Shown here: one piece after another, positions 36,451 through 49,667 of the stretch
How the letters are laid out: the number at the start of each line of letters is the position of its first letter
Numbering within the stretch: position 1 is the first letter of the stretch
From: Lama glama
Taxonomy: Eukaryota
NCBI GenBank assembly: GCA_028534125.1
Contig: CM052816.1
Coordinates: 3,226,001 to 3,290,000 of the forward strand
DNA: 64,000 nucleotides
Reading direction: 5' to 3'
Program-made: the position numbers and the translations under genes
The notes under the pieces: model-generated
Databases searched by the model: none
The model's input: only the letters and a program-made list of their open reading frames with translations
Told to the model about the DNA's origin: nothing

Positions 36451-39400
36451 AGCAGAGGATTGGTACACACAGCCCTACTGCCAAGTTTTCTTATCTTCTT
36501 GTTTTCTTTTCTTCCCAAAATTTCACTTACTCCTAGACATGTCTTCCTACTAGGAAAGTTGCCCCTTGCATGAACTGTCAACTTTCTGCTTTGTTAATGT
36601 ACATAAAATTGACCTTAGGAGCCACCTTAGGGGATGGAGTAAGGGGAAGGAGGCTCTTGGCCCTCTACAACAAGACCCGTGCTGCTGCCTCATTCACTTC
36701 ACATGATGAGCTTCTACCTCAGACTTCCCTGGGGGAGACAGAGTGTTCCACTGACCCTCCTCTGAACTCTCCCTGCTCTCGAGTTTGCAAAGGACCAGAG
36801 GTTCTTTGGTGGGGAGGGGGCGCCTGGTGGAGTGCTGCCTGTGTGTAATCTACCTTCTAATGCCATGTGTTAATGAAGATGAAGAGGCAAGGATGTGGTT
36901 TCCTCGTAGAGGTGGGAAGGCATTTGCCTGGAAGGTCCCTGAGGATGAGCTCCATGGCCATTTGCATGATGTGGTGGCCACATACTCAGCCACACCTTTC
37001 GTGGGAGGTGTTTGCTGGGCATTCATGAGCTGAGGCCACTGTGACAGATAACAATGTCCCATTCGGAGCACACAAAGGCCTCTGTCAGGGATGCGACCAG
37101 GCTTCGTTGTGGGCACTTCTGCTAACACCTGACCCCCTCCTGTCTAATCTCTGTAAAGGATCGCCTTTGGCCTTCCACGCTGCTAGGAACCCCTCCCGCC
37201 CCTGGCCTGTGAAGGCCACCAGGAATGGGTTTCTTCCCCACTATTCCCCCCTTCTCCCCAGCTCTTTCTGCTCCAGACACAGCAGCTTTTTGTTATTTGA
37301 ACGCACCGTCTGCATATTCACCACTGAATTTTGCCTTCTCTCTGGAATGTTCCCTAACCTGTCATTCCCCCATCCCCTTTGCTTAGTCAATCCCCACTCT
37401 TCCTCGAATCTCCATTCAAGCATCATTCCTTCCAGGGAGACTTCCTTGACGCTTCAACACCTCCCTGCTCGTGCAGGGTTCCTTTGCTGTTTCCTCTTTG
37501 CCTTTTCATCATTTGAACTCACTCTCTATTACATATGCCTGCATGTGCCTATTCGATTAATATCTATCTCCCCCTACTGGAATGTAACCATGAAGCCAGC
37601 GACAATGTTTATTTTTGATCATATTTCACGCCCAGGAGTAAGCACAGTGGGCATCTGGCACCTGCCAGGCACGAAGTATGTGGAATGGAAGCTGAGTGTC
37701 TGTGACAGGTACGGGAACTGAGACCTAGGGCAGAACCTCTCCTATTTTGGGTTTTCTTATATAGGCCGGGACGCTTCCCCTTATCACTAAGGGAAGTCTT
37801 TTCTCTTCAATGTTACTGATCACCCTGTATGAGCTATGGGATGTGTTCCTAAGCGACACTCCATGAAGTGGGATTTTCAGGTGTTTTTTATCGTCTCTCT
37901 CTCTCTCTCTCCCTCCCTGTTTTTTTCCCTCCAACTTGTATGTATATACTAATTTTTTTACATTAAACATATATTACTTCAAAAAATTAATCTGAAAAAA
38001 ATCTCTGCAAGTAACTAATTCTTCTTAACTGGAAACTAAGGGGACTTGGGGATTTTGGCGCTGGAATCAGAGAGAAGAAAAGAAAATCCTGGCATCACAC
38101 TTGGTCCAGCAAGGAACAATATCTGCATAGGTTTGATCATGTAAATAATACTTGTTTTTGTTTTTTGTTTTAGGCTACACTTTAGGACAAATTACAGATG
38201 CAGAACAAAATACGTACGTTACCAAAAACACAGCTGGGATGATATAAAAGTAAAAGTGCAGCTGACAGGAGGTAGGACGTAAAGTGTCAGGAGAAGAGGT
38301 TAGGATTGTAAGTTTCCACAGCTTTTAAGGAAAAGGGTGAAGATACGAAACAAAAAGAAGCCAAATGTTACCAAAAGAAGCAACAGATGCGTAAGTATAT
38401 TATCTCCGACAAGAGGAAACAGTAGAAGTAACAGAAAATAGAGTCAAACACTGAGAAGAAGAGACAAGATGTCAACGAGCTAAAATCTCCTCTTTCCAAC
38501 CAGAGAGCCCATAACTACTGCATAACTTTGCTAATTAGGAAACTGAGGCTAACTTCATGTTATGAATCGATACGGAGAGAACAACTAGCAGAACTAGTGA
38601 CAGAAATGATGAGGACAGGTTGCCTCGGGATCGGGGTGCAGGTGGGGAGAGGTGCAGCAGAGCCCAGAATGATGTTTTCCATCACAAGCTCATGTGCATT
38701 GCTTGATTTATCACGTGCAATTAAAAATAATTTAAATGAAACAAGATGAAGAGGTTGGATGAAACAGTCTCTAAGGGTCCTTCCTTAGACTGTGAGCCAG
38801 GTTCTTTGTACCCGCTGTCTGCTTTATGACTCTGTACATCCTGTGACATAGGTCTCACGATCCCCCATCCTGTGTGTGAGGACACTGAGACTCTTGGGCA
38901 GATGGAGTGTCTTCACCAGGTCCAAACAGCGATAAGGAAGCAGCAGGGCTGACACTGAGACCCAGGGCCACGTCACAGCCACACCCATTGCTCTTCCATA
39001 GCAGCCCATGCGGCCAAAGCCTTGGGGAGCTTGAACTAGCCACCCGCCCCCACCATCATACATACACTATATGAAAAACGCATTATTAAAAACAGAAACA
39101 GGAGGAAATTACTTTAAAATCTCACTACCTGAGAAATATTTTAGCCTCACTCCTGAGAGGATTGCATCCTTTGTTGCTTTATTTACTGGGTTTTGGTCAT
39201 AGCAACTAACATTCTTTAAACCTAAAAAAAAAAAGTGACATATCTATGCTGTTTGAAGAATGACAAGAGTCTTGCACCATCTTCTAGCTGAAAAAATGGA
39301 AATTACTGAAACCTGTTACCCAAACTCCAGAGGTTACCTCTACCCTGAATTTGTGTAAATAATTTCTTTGCAGGTAACTAATTTTTGAAGCTCTGCTGGT

Positions 39401-41080
39401 TTGATTCCAGGGTAAATAACTGGACCACTCATTGATCCCTATCAATTCCTTCTTTGCCAACCTCCCAAACCACAGTTCTCCACTCATACTTACTCATCCC
39501 ACAAAGCCCCATCCAGATGCACTTTCTACGAGTTTTCCGAGCCCCTTCAGTCTACAGTGAAAAACTTTTAAAAAACTGATCAGAGTCCTATTCATTCAGA
39601 TCCCCCACCAAGCTGTCAGCAGGTTGAGCTGTCTAAGCCGGCCTCAGCCCAGGGCACCCGTGAAGGACAGTCAGAGCAGCGTTTCACAGCGTGTGCAAAC
39701 ACTGATCCGCCCCCTCAGAGGGACCAGCCTTACTCAGGACCTGCATTTTACCAGACATGAAAGGTCACAGAGAGGAACACAGACAACACGGGTATCATAT
39801 TATCTAGAGACCAAACAAGGAGGTGCCAAATTCTCAGCACTGTCATTCTGACTAGGATATAGCCTGAGCAGACATTACGTTGTTCATTCGTTTGTTGGTT
39901 CATTCATTCATTCACTCACTTGCGCGCTCAGGGAGTAGTAGTCATCTGTCACACACCTGTCTCTCTGCAAGGTGCTGGGGATACAGCAGTAAGCGAGGCA
40001 GACTGGTTGCATGGTCCTTACCAAGATGAGGAAGGAAACAGGCAGAATGGGCAGTTCTGGTAAAGGCTTTAACTACGGATTGCATGGGGGCTACGGGAAT
40101 ATGTAATCGGGACAATCAATCCAGACTTCTGGAGCAGCCGCCTTCTAATTTGGACTGGCCAGCTTGCCCCGACCTGCCTTTCCGTGACCCTGAACGGAGA
40201 CTTCCTGCTCACAGATCAGACAGCTGGGCAGCCTGAGAGTCGTGGCTGAGTCAGACACTAGCAGATGCCTCTATAAATTAAAAAGTGAGGTCAGAAGTAC
40301 CTCTGGGGCATATGTTACTAAGAATAAATCTCACCAACCAGCAGAAGTAGCCAGAAAAAAAAAAAACCCTAATAACTTTTCCTCCTCCGTATACATCATG
40401 ACCTTGTCTGCTCACTGACCCTTTTCCTTCTCAACTTCCTAGATTCCATGATGCAGTTTCTTTTACACCCCTCAAGTTTGTGTTATGAAAAATGTGAAAC
40501 ATACATAACATTTGAAAGAACCAATAACACACTTATACCCTTGATGTAGAGTCACAATGAGCATTTTGCCGTATCTGCTTAACTCTCCCTGATTTACTGA
40601 ATCACCTGAAGGTAAGTTGAAGCCACTGCATTACTCAGCCTTAAATGCTTCAGCACACAACTCCTGAAAGCAAGGACATCTTCCTATGTAACCTCAGTAT
40701 TATGACCGTCTACATTAAATAAATTCTTGGTCATCATATAATGTACTAAAATGTCCTCAGTTGTTCCTAAGATGTTTCTTTTATAACCTTTTTTTTTTTT
40801 TGGAGGGAAACCAGGATCCAACCGTGACGTATTTTCTAAAGTGTGAGGACGAAGCAATTGCCCCACCCAGAAATGCTTCAATGCTTCCCTCCTTTGGGAG
40901 CGGCCGAGTGTTCCTGCTTCTGCACAGGATCCTCTCTGGGAGGAGACAACTGCTATTTGGGAACTTCTACACTTACCAAGTGCCACACTAATGCTTACCA
41001 CTCCTATTGCTTAGGACTAACATATTACGGTTCTGAGAGAAGTAGTCATTATAATCAGTAGGAACCAAGAGCTACTGTAA

Positions 41081-41614
41081 TGACTGGATAAAGAAGACAT
41101 AGTATACACATACAATGGAATACTACACAACCCTAAAAAAGAATGAAATAATGCCATCTGCAGGAGCATGGATGGACTTAAAAGAGATTATCATACTAAG
41201 TGAAGTAAGTCAGAAAGGGAAAGACAAATACCATATGGTGTCACTTATATGTGGAATCTAAAAAAAGGACAAATATGAACTTATTCACAAAACAGAAAGA
41301 CTCAAAGATGTAAAAAACAAACTTACGGTTACAGGAGGGAGGGCGGGAGAGGGATAAATTTGAAGTTTGGGATTTGCAGATACAAATTATTATATATAAA
41401 ATAGATAAACAACAAGTTCCTACTGTATATAGCACAGGGAACTATATTCAATAACTTGTAATAATCTAGAATGAAAAAGAAAAGGGAAAGGAATATATAT
41501 ATCTATATATATAGATATGAAATATATATATCTGAATCACTATGCTGTACACCAGAAACTACCACAACATTGTAAAGTGATTCGACTTCAATAAAAATAA
41601 ATAAACAGACAAAA
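41081..41614 (+). mobile_element. Young L1 3' fragment
   Basis: tgactggataaagaag..tacaatggaatactac..gtgaagtaagtcaga..cttcaataaaaataaataaa; closely similar to the L1s at 9450-9940 and 45560-46070. Confidence 0.9.
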
Positions 41615-41918
41615 GCAATAAAAATTATTCTGTATGATACTATAGTGATGGCTATATGTCATTATGCATTTGTCAAAACCCATAGAATGTACAACACCAA
41701 GAGTGAACCCAATGTAAACCATGGACTTTGGTTGATAATAATGTGCCCATGTTGGTTCATCAACTGTACCGAATAAGCCACACTGATGAGGGAGGCTGAG
41801 GGTAGGGGAGTATACATGTGTGGGTGGGGAGGGCTATGTGCCAACTCTGTATTTTCTGCTCAATTCTGTTGTGAACCTGAAATTGTTCTAAAAGAATAGA
41901 CTTAGGGAAAAAAAAAAA
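41615..41918 (+). mobile_element. Old L1MC-like 3' end
   Basis: attctgtatgatactata..catttgtcaaaacccatagaatgtacaacaccaagagtgaaccc..ctcaattctgttgtgaacct; A11 tail. Confidence 0.8.
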
Positions 41919-43399
41919 GCTAGTGTAAAACTGCCCTTTGTCAATAGAATAAAAGAGAAGAGGTTTTTGGAGTGAGGATGCAAAAATACTTTACTATAAG
42001 GAACCCACATAAAAACTCTTCAAGGGAATGAGTATTTTATTTTTGGATTGCTTTCAGTCTTGAAACTTCCTGATGAACTATGAGGGTTTTCCATAAAAGA
42101 CCACAGAACCTCATGTTCCCAACTCACCCACTGCATGGGGCTAACTGGGAACTTGGTTTCTCTCGGCTAACGGGTACCACACAGACTCAGAACACCTGAT
42201 TACAACAGGGTCATGTGCCCCTACACATTTCAGATTCACGTAGAACAGCATTAGGCGCTACCTCTAGGCTCTGTTTCTGGGTGAAAAACCATCTGCCGGT
42301 GTTAGCTGACTTCCTAAGAGGGATCATCAAACCATTCTCAAAACAGTATTTTCTGAAATAACATTCTGAGTTTTGAGGCAACAAAAAGACAGGAACACTA
42401 ACACGAATAAATTATGTTTTTGTCTTTGTTGAGTGCATGGGGAGAAATGAGCTGCAAAACCAGAGGTGGGGCACCCCCAGGAATCCCCACCCTTGCTTTC
42501 CGGTGGGAGGCGGGGAGGCAGGGGGACAGCCCCTGACCAGAGAGCCCAGCGGTCTATACATTCCCTAATATGGACGCACACAGATGGTCAGGGTAACTGT
42601 TTCCTGCACACTGATGTTAAGCCCCAAGGATACACGGCCTGTGGGGCAGTCATCAACCTAGGCTTCCCACGTCCACCACACCCCTCCTCGGCACAGAAAG
42701 TACGGGCTGCAGCTTCCAGCCCTGCAGTGGGGACTCCGGGAGCAGGGGCAAGCTCGCATGAGGCACATTCCATCTGCTCCTGCTCTGTGGGCCGCTCACC
42801 TCCAGGACCTCCGTAGCCCTGGCTGAATAAACCAGTAATTCAATCTTAATCTGATTCTGTGTGTGTGTGGTCTTCCCCCTCCCTTGAATAATGCCACATA
42901 TGACTAAGTCTCACCTCCACCCCTTCCCCTACCCCCCAAACTGTCAAGGGGAAAATGAATTATTATTTGGATAGAATCATGTCTGGTCAACTGGGAGAGA
43001 TCTACAGCCAAAACACTGACCTAAAGAGTAGATTTTTCCTTCTCTCCGAGTGCGTGTCAGTGTCTTCCAAGGTTGGCGTTTTCCAAAAAGTGGAATTCAA
43101 GGTACAGGGCAATGGAATTTTGTAATAGTGAGTCACCTTGAGTACATATTTCCATTTTCAGTTTCCTATTCATCTTTCTGACAACTTTAATCAGAAAGTC
43201 TCCATGTGGAGCCAGCGGTCTTAGGACTTCTCTAACTTTTGCTAATCTCTGTGTTTAACAGAGAGAGAGAGAGTGGGTGCTGAGGTTACAGACACAACCC
43301 TCTTCTGGGAAGTCTTTCCCATTTCCCACCCTTTCCACTGTGTTCCACACATCAGGGCTTGTTCAGTGCCACTTTTCACTCAGTTGTAGTGGATCCTGT

Positions 43400-46071
43400 A
43401 GTGAAGAACTGATTCTTCTCAAACTCTTCCAAAAGACTGAAAAGGAGGGAATACTCCCAAACACATTCTATGAAGCCACCATCACCCTGATACCAAAACC
43501 AGACAAAGATACTACCAAAAAAGAAAATCACAGACCAATATCACTGATGAACACAGAAGCAAAAATTCTCAACAAAATATTAGCAAACAGAATCTAACAA
43601 CACATAAAAAAGGTCATACACCATGATCAAGATGGATTCATCCCAGGGACACAAGGATGGCTCAGCATATGCAAATCGGCGTGATATACACCACATCTAC
43701 AAGAGAAAGGGCAAAAATCACATGATCACCTCAATAGATGCAGAAAAAGCATTTGATAAAATTCAACATCCATTTATGACAAAAACTCTAACCAAAGTGG
43801 GTAAAGAGGGAACATATCTCAACATAATAAAAGCTATTTATGACAAACCTACAGCCAGCATAATACTCAATGGTGAAAAACTGAAAGCCTTTCCCCTAAA
43901 ATCTGGGGAAAGACAAGACAAGGATGCCCACTCTCACCACTCCTATTCAACATAGTTTTAGAAGTCCACAGCCATCAGGCAAGAAAAAGAAATAAAATGG
44001 GTCCAAATTGGAAAAGAAGAGGTAAAATTGTCACTATACGCAGATGATATGATACTACATATAGAAAACCCTAAAAGCTCCACACAAAAACTACTAGAGC
44101 TGGTAAAAGAATTTGGCAAGGTAGCAGGTTACAAGATTAACAGAAATTAGTTCTATTTCTTTACACTAACAATGAAATATCAGGAAAAGAAAGTAAAGAA
44201 ACAATCCCTTTTAAAATTGAATCCAAAACAATAAAACACTCAAGAATAAATCTGACCAAGGAGGTGAAATACTTGTACACAGAGAACTACAAAATACTGA
44301 GGAAATTAAAGAAGACTTAAAGAAATGGAAAGATATCCCATACTCTTGGATTGGAAGAATCAATATTGTTAAAATGGCCTTACCATGCAAGGCAATCTAC
44401 AGATTTAATGTCATCCCCATCAAATTACCCATGACACTTCACAGAACTAGAACAAATAATCCTAAAATTTATATAGAATCACAAAACCCCAGAATTGCCA
44501 AAGCAATACTGAAGAAAAAGAACAAAGCTGGAGGAATAACCCTCCCAGATTTCAGACAATACTACAGAGCTACAGTAATCACAACAGTGTGGTATTGGCA
44601 TAAAAACAGACATATGGATCAATGGAACAGAACAGAGAGCCCAGAGATAAACCCACAGACCTACAGTCAATCAATCTTTGACAAAGGAGACAAGAATATA
44701 CATTGGAGAATAGACAGTCTCTTCAGCAAGTGATGTTGGGAAAAACTGGACAGCCTCATGTAAATCAGTGAAGTTAGAACACTCCCTCACTCCATACACA
44801 AAAATAAACTCAAAATGGCTTAAAGTCTTAAATATAAGACAAGACATGAAGAAAACATAGGCAAAATATTCTCTGACGTAAGTCTTGCTTAGCAATGTTC
44901 TCCTAGGGCAGTCTATCCAGGCAATAGAAATAAAAGCAAAAATAAACAAATGGGATCTAATTAAACTTATAAGTTTATGCACAGCAAAGGAAACCATAAG
45001 CAAAACAAAAAGACAACCTATGGACTGGGAGAAAATATTTGCAAATGATGCAACTGACAAAGGTTTAATTTCCAGAATATATAAACAGCTCATACAACTT
45101 CATAACAAAAAACAGACAAACAACCCAATCCAAAAATGGGGAGAAGATCTAAACAAGCAATTCTCCAATGAAAACATACAAATGGCCAATAGGCATAGGA
45201 AAAAATGCTCAAATTGCTAATTATCAGAGAAATGCAAATTAAAACTGCAATGAGGTATCACCTCACACCACTCAGAATGGCCATCATTAAAAAAGTCCAT
45301 GAATGATAAATGCTGGAGAGGGTGTCGAGAAAAGGGACTCGTCCCACACTGCTGGTGGGAATGCAGTTTGGTGCAGCCATTATGGAAAACATCATGGAGA
45401 TTCCTCATAAAACTAAAAATAGACTTACCATATGATCCAGCATTCCACTCCTGGGTATACATCTGAAGGGAACTCTAATTTGAAAATATTCATGCACCTC
45501 AATGTTCATAGCAGTGCTATATACAATAGCCAAGACATGGAAACAACTTAAATGTCTATCGATAGATGACTAGATAAAGAAGTTGTGGTATATTTATACA
45601 ATGGAATACTACTCAGCCATAAAAAAGAATAAAATAATGCCATGCAGCAACATGGATGGACCTAGAGATTGTCATTCTAAGTGAAGTAAGCCAGAAAGAG
45701 AAAGAAAAATACTATACCACTCATATGTGGAATCTTAAAAAAAAAAAAAAAAGAAAAAGGACACTATGAACTCATCCACAAAACAGACTCGCAGATATAC
45801 TAAACAATTTATGGTTACAAGGGGAAGGGGGTGGGAAGGGTTAAATTTGGGAGTTTGAGACTTGCAAACGTTAACCACTGTATATAAAAATAGACAGAAA
45901 ACAAATTTCTTCTGTATAGCACAGGGAACTATATTTAATATCTTGTATTAACCTTTAATGAAAACGCATATGAAAATGAATATATGTATGTATATGCATG
46001 ACTGGGACACTGTGCTGTACACCAGAAATTGACACATTGTAACTGACTATACTTCAATTAAAAAAAAAAAA
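43400..46071 (+). mobile_element. ~2.7-kb 5'-truncated, frameshifted young L1 (ORF2 RT to poly-A) in a CYFIP2 intron
   Basis: [61 protein letters not shown]-type tatacgcagatgatatg; [17 protein letters not shown]12 tail. Confidence 0.97.
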
Positions 46072-46247
46072 GTCAACAGAGCAATCAGCACAGCTCAGTG
46101 GAGCAGCCAGCTCTCTGGCGCCGAGTATGTGAACCATTGGGATCTTGGGTTCTCGTTTCAATTCCTGCACTAGTTGTAGCTCTGAGAAAATCATCTCTTC
46201 CTTCAAGTCTCAGTTTCCCATCTGCAAGATGTGGGATTGCAGCAGAT

Positions 46248-46460
46248 CAGTGGTTCTCAACAGGCAGAAGTTCTGTCCTGCAAAGGAGTACCAGGCAGCA
46301 TCTGGAGACATTTGCGGCTGTAACAATTGGGAGGTGCTGCTGCCCTGGAGGGGGAGAGCCCACACACAGATGCTGCACAATATCCTGCCGTGCACGGACA
46401 GGCCTCAACAACCAGGAGTCTCTGACCCAAAGTGACCATGGTGCTGAGGTCCAGGCACTG
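46248..46460 (+). mobile_element. MER20 (hAT)
   Basis: cagtggttctcaac..tctggagacattt..gctgtaacaattgggaggtgctgctg..gtgctgaggt. Confidence 0.8.
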
Positions 46461-47089
46461 GCCCTGGGCAGCCTCCAACAGCTCTCCTGGATCTGACCTG
46501 CCCTAGATTCTGTGAGTTTGGGCCTGAACTCTCCTCACCTCCTGCAAAGGTAAGTAACGCTCTGATGACCGGCCAGTATGACTATGGCTCACTCAACTAT
46601 AAGGAGGAAGAAATAAATCAACAGCAGGGCCAAAGGCAGGGAACACTCCCAAGTGCTGGGCAGGAGGCCCTGTAGCGAAAGGCAGACAGAAGGGCTGTCT
46701 CTTTGGCAAGCACTAAGGCCCTCCCCCGCTCACTTGAATGAACAGGGCCCTCTTCTGGTGTGTGTGGGCATAACACACAATGTGCAGGAAAGGAGATGAG
46801 AGAGGAGGAGAGGAGGGGAGAAAACTACACAAAATTTGAACAAAAACTTGGTGATTGTGGAATTTTTCCTTTATGATTTCTCAAGGTAAAAAGTACTAGA
46901 CAGAATAATAATTGTTAATGACAGAACTTGTTTTGAAAACACAAAAGATTTATAAATAGATACCTAACAAATGGTGGCCCATTTCAGATTTGATTCAACA
47001 AATATTTTTAAAGAGTCTACTATGGCCAGCACTGTGCGGACACTTGACAAATGAAAGACACAGCACCACCACCGCAGAGCGGGGAGGAC

Positions 47090-47930
47090 GAGGGCTTTTC
47101 AATCAGTGACGCTGGAACAACTTGGATAGAAATGAAATTGGATTTCTACCTCCCACTCAACACAAACATCAATTCAGGCAAATAATAATAGACTTCAAGG
47201 TCTGGTTAACGCCTGGAAAGGCTAGACCCTAAGAACTTTTAGAAGATAACATCTTCATGACTTAAGAGTCGGATAAAAATTGCTTAAACAGGTCACAGGA
47301 GCATCAACCATATAGAAAAAGAAAAGAAAAGGAAAGGAAAAAAAACCTTAAGAACTTCTGCTCATTAGAAAACATACCCCAGAAATGTATCTATATGTAT
47401 CCATAATACATACATCAATAAGGAAAAGATAACTAGAAATCAATAAGGAAAAAATAACTCAGTTAATAAAACAGGCAAAAATATTGAACAACGTTTCATA
47501 GGAGAGGCTGCCCAAATGGCATTACCATATGGAAGGAGGCCCACCATCATTAGCCATCAGGGAAATCAAAACCATAATGAGGTATCACAACACATCCACC
47601 AGAATGGCTATGATTGAAAAGACAGGCAAATCCAACTGCTCATGAGGACGTGAACAAATTAAAACTCTCATGCACTGCTGAACAGGAGTATGTATGTCGG
47701 TACAACCACCTTGTAAAAATGCTTGGCAGGATCTACTGAAGCTAAACATGTCTACGCATCGATCGAGCCTTTCCACTACTAGGTATTTACCCACTAAAAA
47801 TGAGAGCGTACATCCACCATTATACCTTTACTCATAACGGTATCAAACTGTTTACAATCCAAACTCCAATCCACAGCAAAATGGGTAATTCACATAGTCT
47901 GTACAGTGAGAATCCTGCATACTCCATACA
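47090..47930 (+). mobile_element. Old L1 (L1ME-like) ORF2-end fragment
   Basis: cattagccatcagggaaatcaaaaccataatgaggtatcac..ccaccagaatggct..ccactactaggtatttacccac. Confidence 0.75.
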
Positions 47931-48162
47931 CAGTTGACCTTTGAACAACATGGGGTTTGAACTATGCAAGTCCCCTTACTCACGGATATTTTCCAGTAGT
48001 AAACCTTACAGTACTACAAGATCAGCGGTTGGGTTAATTTGCAGATTGGAACTGTGGGTGTGGGAGGATGGATTTGGAGGGCCCACTGTAAAATTACACA
48101 CAGACTTTCAGTTGTACAGAGTGTGGGCACCTCTAACCCCCATGTTGTTCAAGGATAAACTG
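47931..48162. mobile_element. Tigger2-family (TcMar) MITE
   Basis: 25-bp TIRs cagttgacctttgaacaacatgggg ... ccccatgttgttcaaggataaactg. Confidence 0.85.
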
Positions 48163-49653
48163 TTAATGTATGTCTGTTAGACCTTCATTAAAAACACCAA
48201 GCAAACAAATGGCCCATCCCACAGGTGTATGGTCTTCTGTACTGATACTGCAGCCTTAATTTTTCATAAGTACCCAACTTAAAGAAGAAACTCTATCTTT
48301 GTCCAAGTGATCAGTCTTCTCAATTTGTATTCCCTCCACTTACAAATTTAATGATACATTAATAATCTGTTAAAAAAAAAAAAAGACAAGCCACAGAATA
48401 AGAGAAGGTGTCTGTACCACGTATACCAATAAGGAACCTACAACTGGAAAAACTCTGCAGATCTATTAGAAAAAGACAACACAAGAGACAACACAAGATA
48501 CTTTTCAGTATCCTTCCAGTTTTCTGAAACCATTATGTAGTATTTGCATTTTTAAAATTAACTTTTAGTTCAATGATAATACATGAATATATTTTCCTTG
48601 TAAAAAATTAGACATTCCAGAGAAGGCAAAGTCCCTGCTGACCTCTGATCCTGGCTCTTAGAACTAGAGGTAACCAGAGAAAATCACTGAGCTACTTGGT
48701 ATGCTTTTTCCTAGCTTTTTCTTCAATACAGGGTTATTTTGCTTGTTTCACTTGTGTGACATCATAAGGTGTGTCTTGTCTTGAAACTCACTTTTTTTTC
48801 ACTCGATATGTCTTTCACCATTTCCTATGCTGTATGTACAAAGCCACTTTCACACTTTATTCAACTGTCTCACAGTCCTCTACAGGATGGACATTCCAGT
48901 TTAAATCACCCTTCCTCCTCTATGAATGAACATTAAGGTAAGCGCCTTCCCCCCTCCCTCCCTCCTTTCCTCCCTCTTCCTTTCATTTTTTGTTATTAGT
49001 GCTCCTATTTAATAAGAACAATCAATATATTATTTAAAAATTTGTTTACTTCCAGCTCCATAAACTAAAAAGCTCCAAGAAAGCTCACGCCTCATTCTAA
49101 CCTCAGAAAGCACTGTCTCAGCTTGGGGATTTCCCCAGCTGTCGAGGTAGAAAGCAGAGTGCACAGCTTTGGGGAGCCCTGCTTCTTGCTATGTCCCCTT
49201 CCCACCCCTATTCCCCCAAAGATCGAGGTTAGTCCTGGAAACCTACGCTTTTGTTCTTCCACCTTGCTGCTGATGTGCTGTGTGACCTCCTCAGGCGAGT
49301 TGTGTCCTCTCTGATTCTCTATTTCCTCACTTATGCATACTGCTGGGGTCTCTCTCAGTTCTGAAGGGCTATGATGCTAAGGGTCCTGTTGTCCTCAGTA
49401 ATATATGCAACTGACCGCCCAGGCAGGGATGCCTGAGACAAAACTTTCCCTTCCTTGTAGCCCCATTTGTAGCCCCACCCATAGTCTGCCTCTTGGGGTC
49501 TGTACAAGGGAAGCTGAATTGAGGCTGCTCATGAAAGGAGGTGCTGACCGGTGACACTAAGAACTGAGGCCTCATGGACCCGCCCTCCCCCTCTTCCCCA
49601 TCTCCTGTGCGGTGTCTGCTACATATCCTATCCCTGTGACTTCTGACGGCTAA

Positions 49654-49667
49654 GTTTCCATAGCAAC
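49654..49667. promoter_or_regulatory. RFX X-box motif GTTTCCATAGCAAC
   Basis: Full match to the RFX palindrome consensus GTTNCCATRGCAAC in non-repeat intronic DNA; function not shown. Confidence 0.45.

Noticed and set aside
37041..37721. 226-aa + strand ORF
   Set aside because: Largely overlaps degenerate L2-like sequence, has no ATG start and no recognisable domain
43400..46071. Reverse transcriptase ORFs as a novel RT system or active element
   Set aside because: Ordinary 5'-truncated L1 ORF2 with several frameshifts and stops; I could not identify a TSD, but that alone is weak evidence
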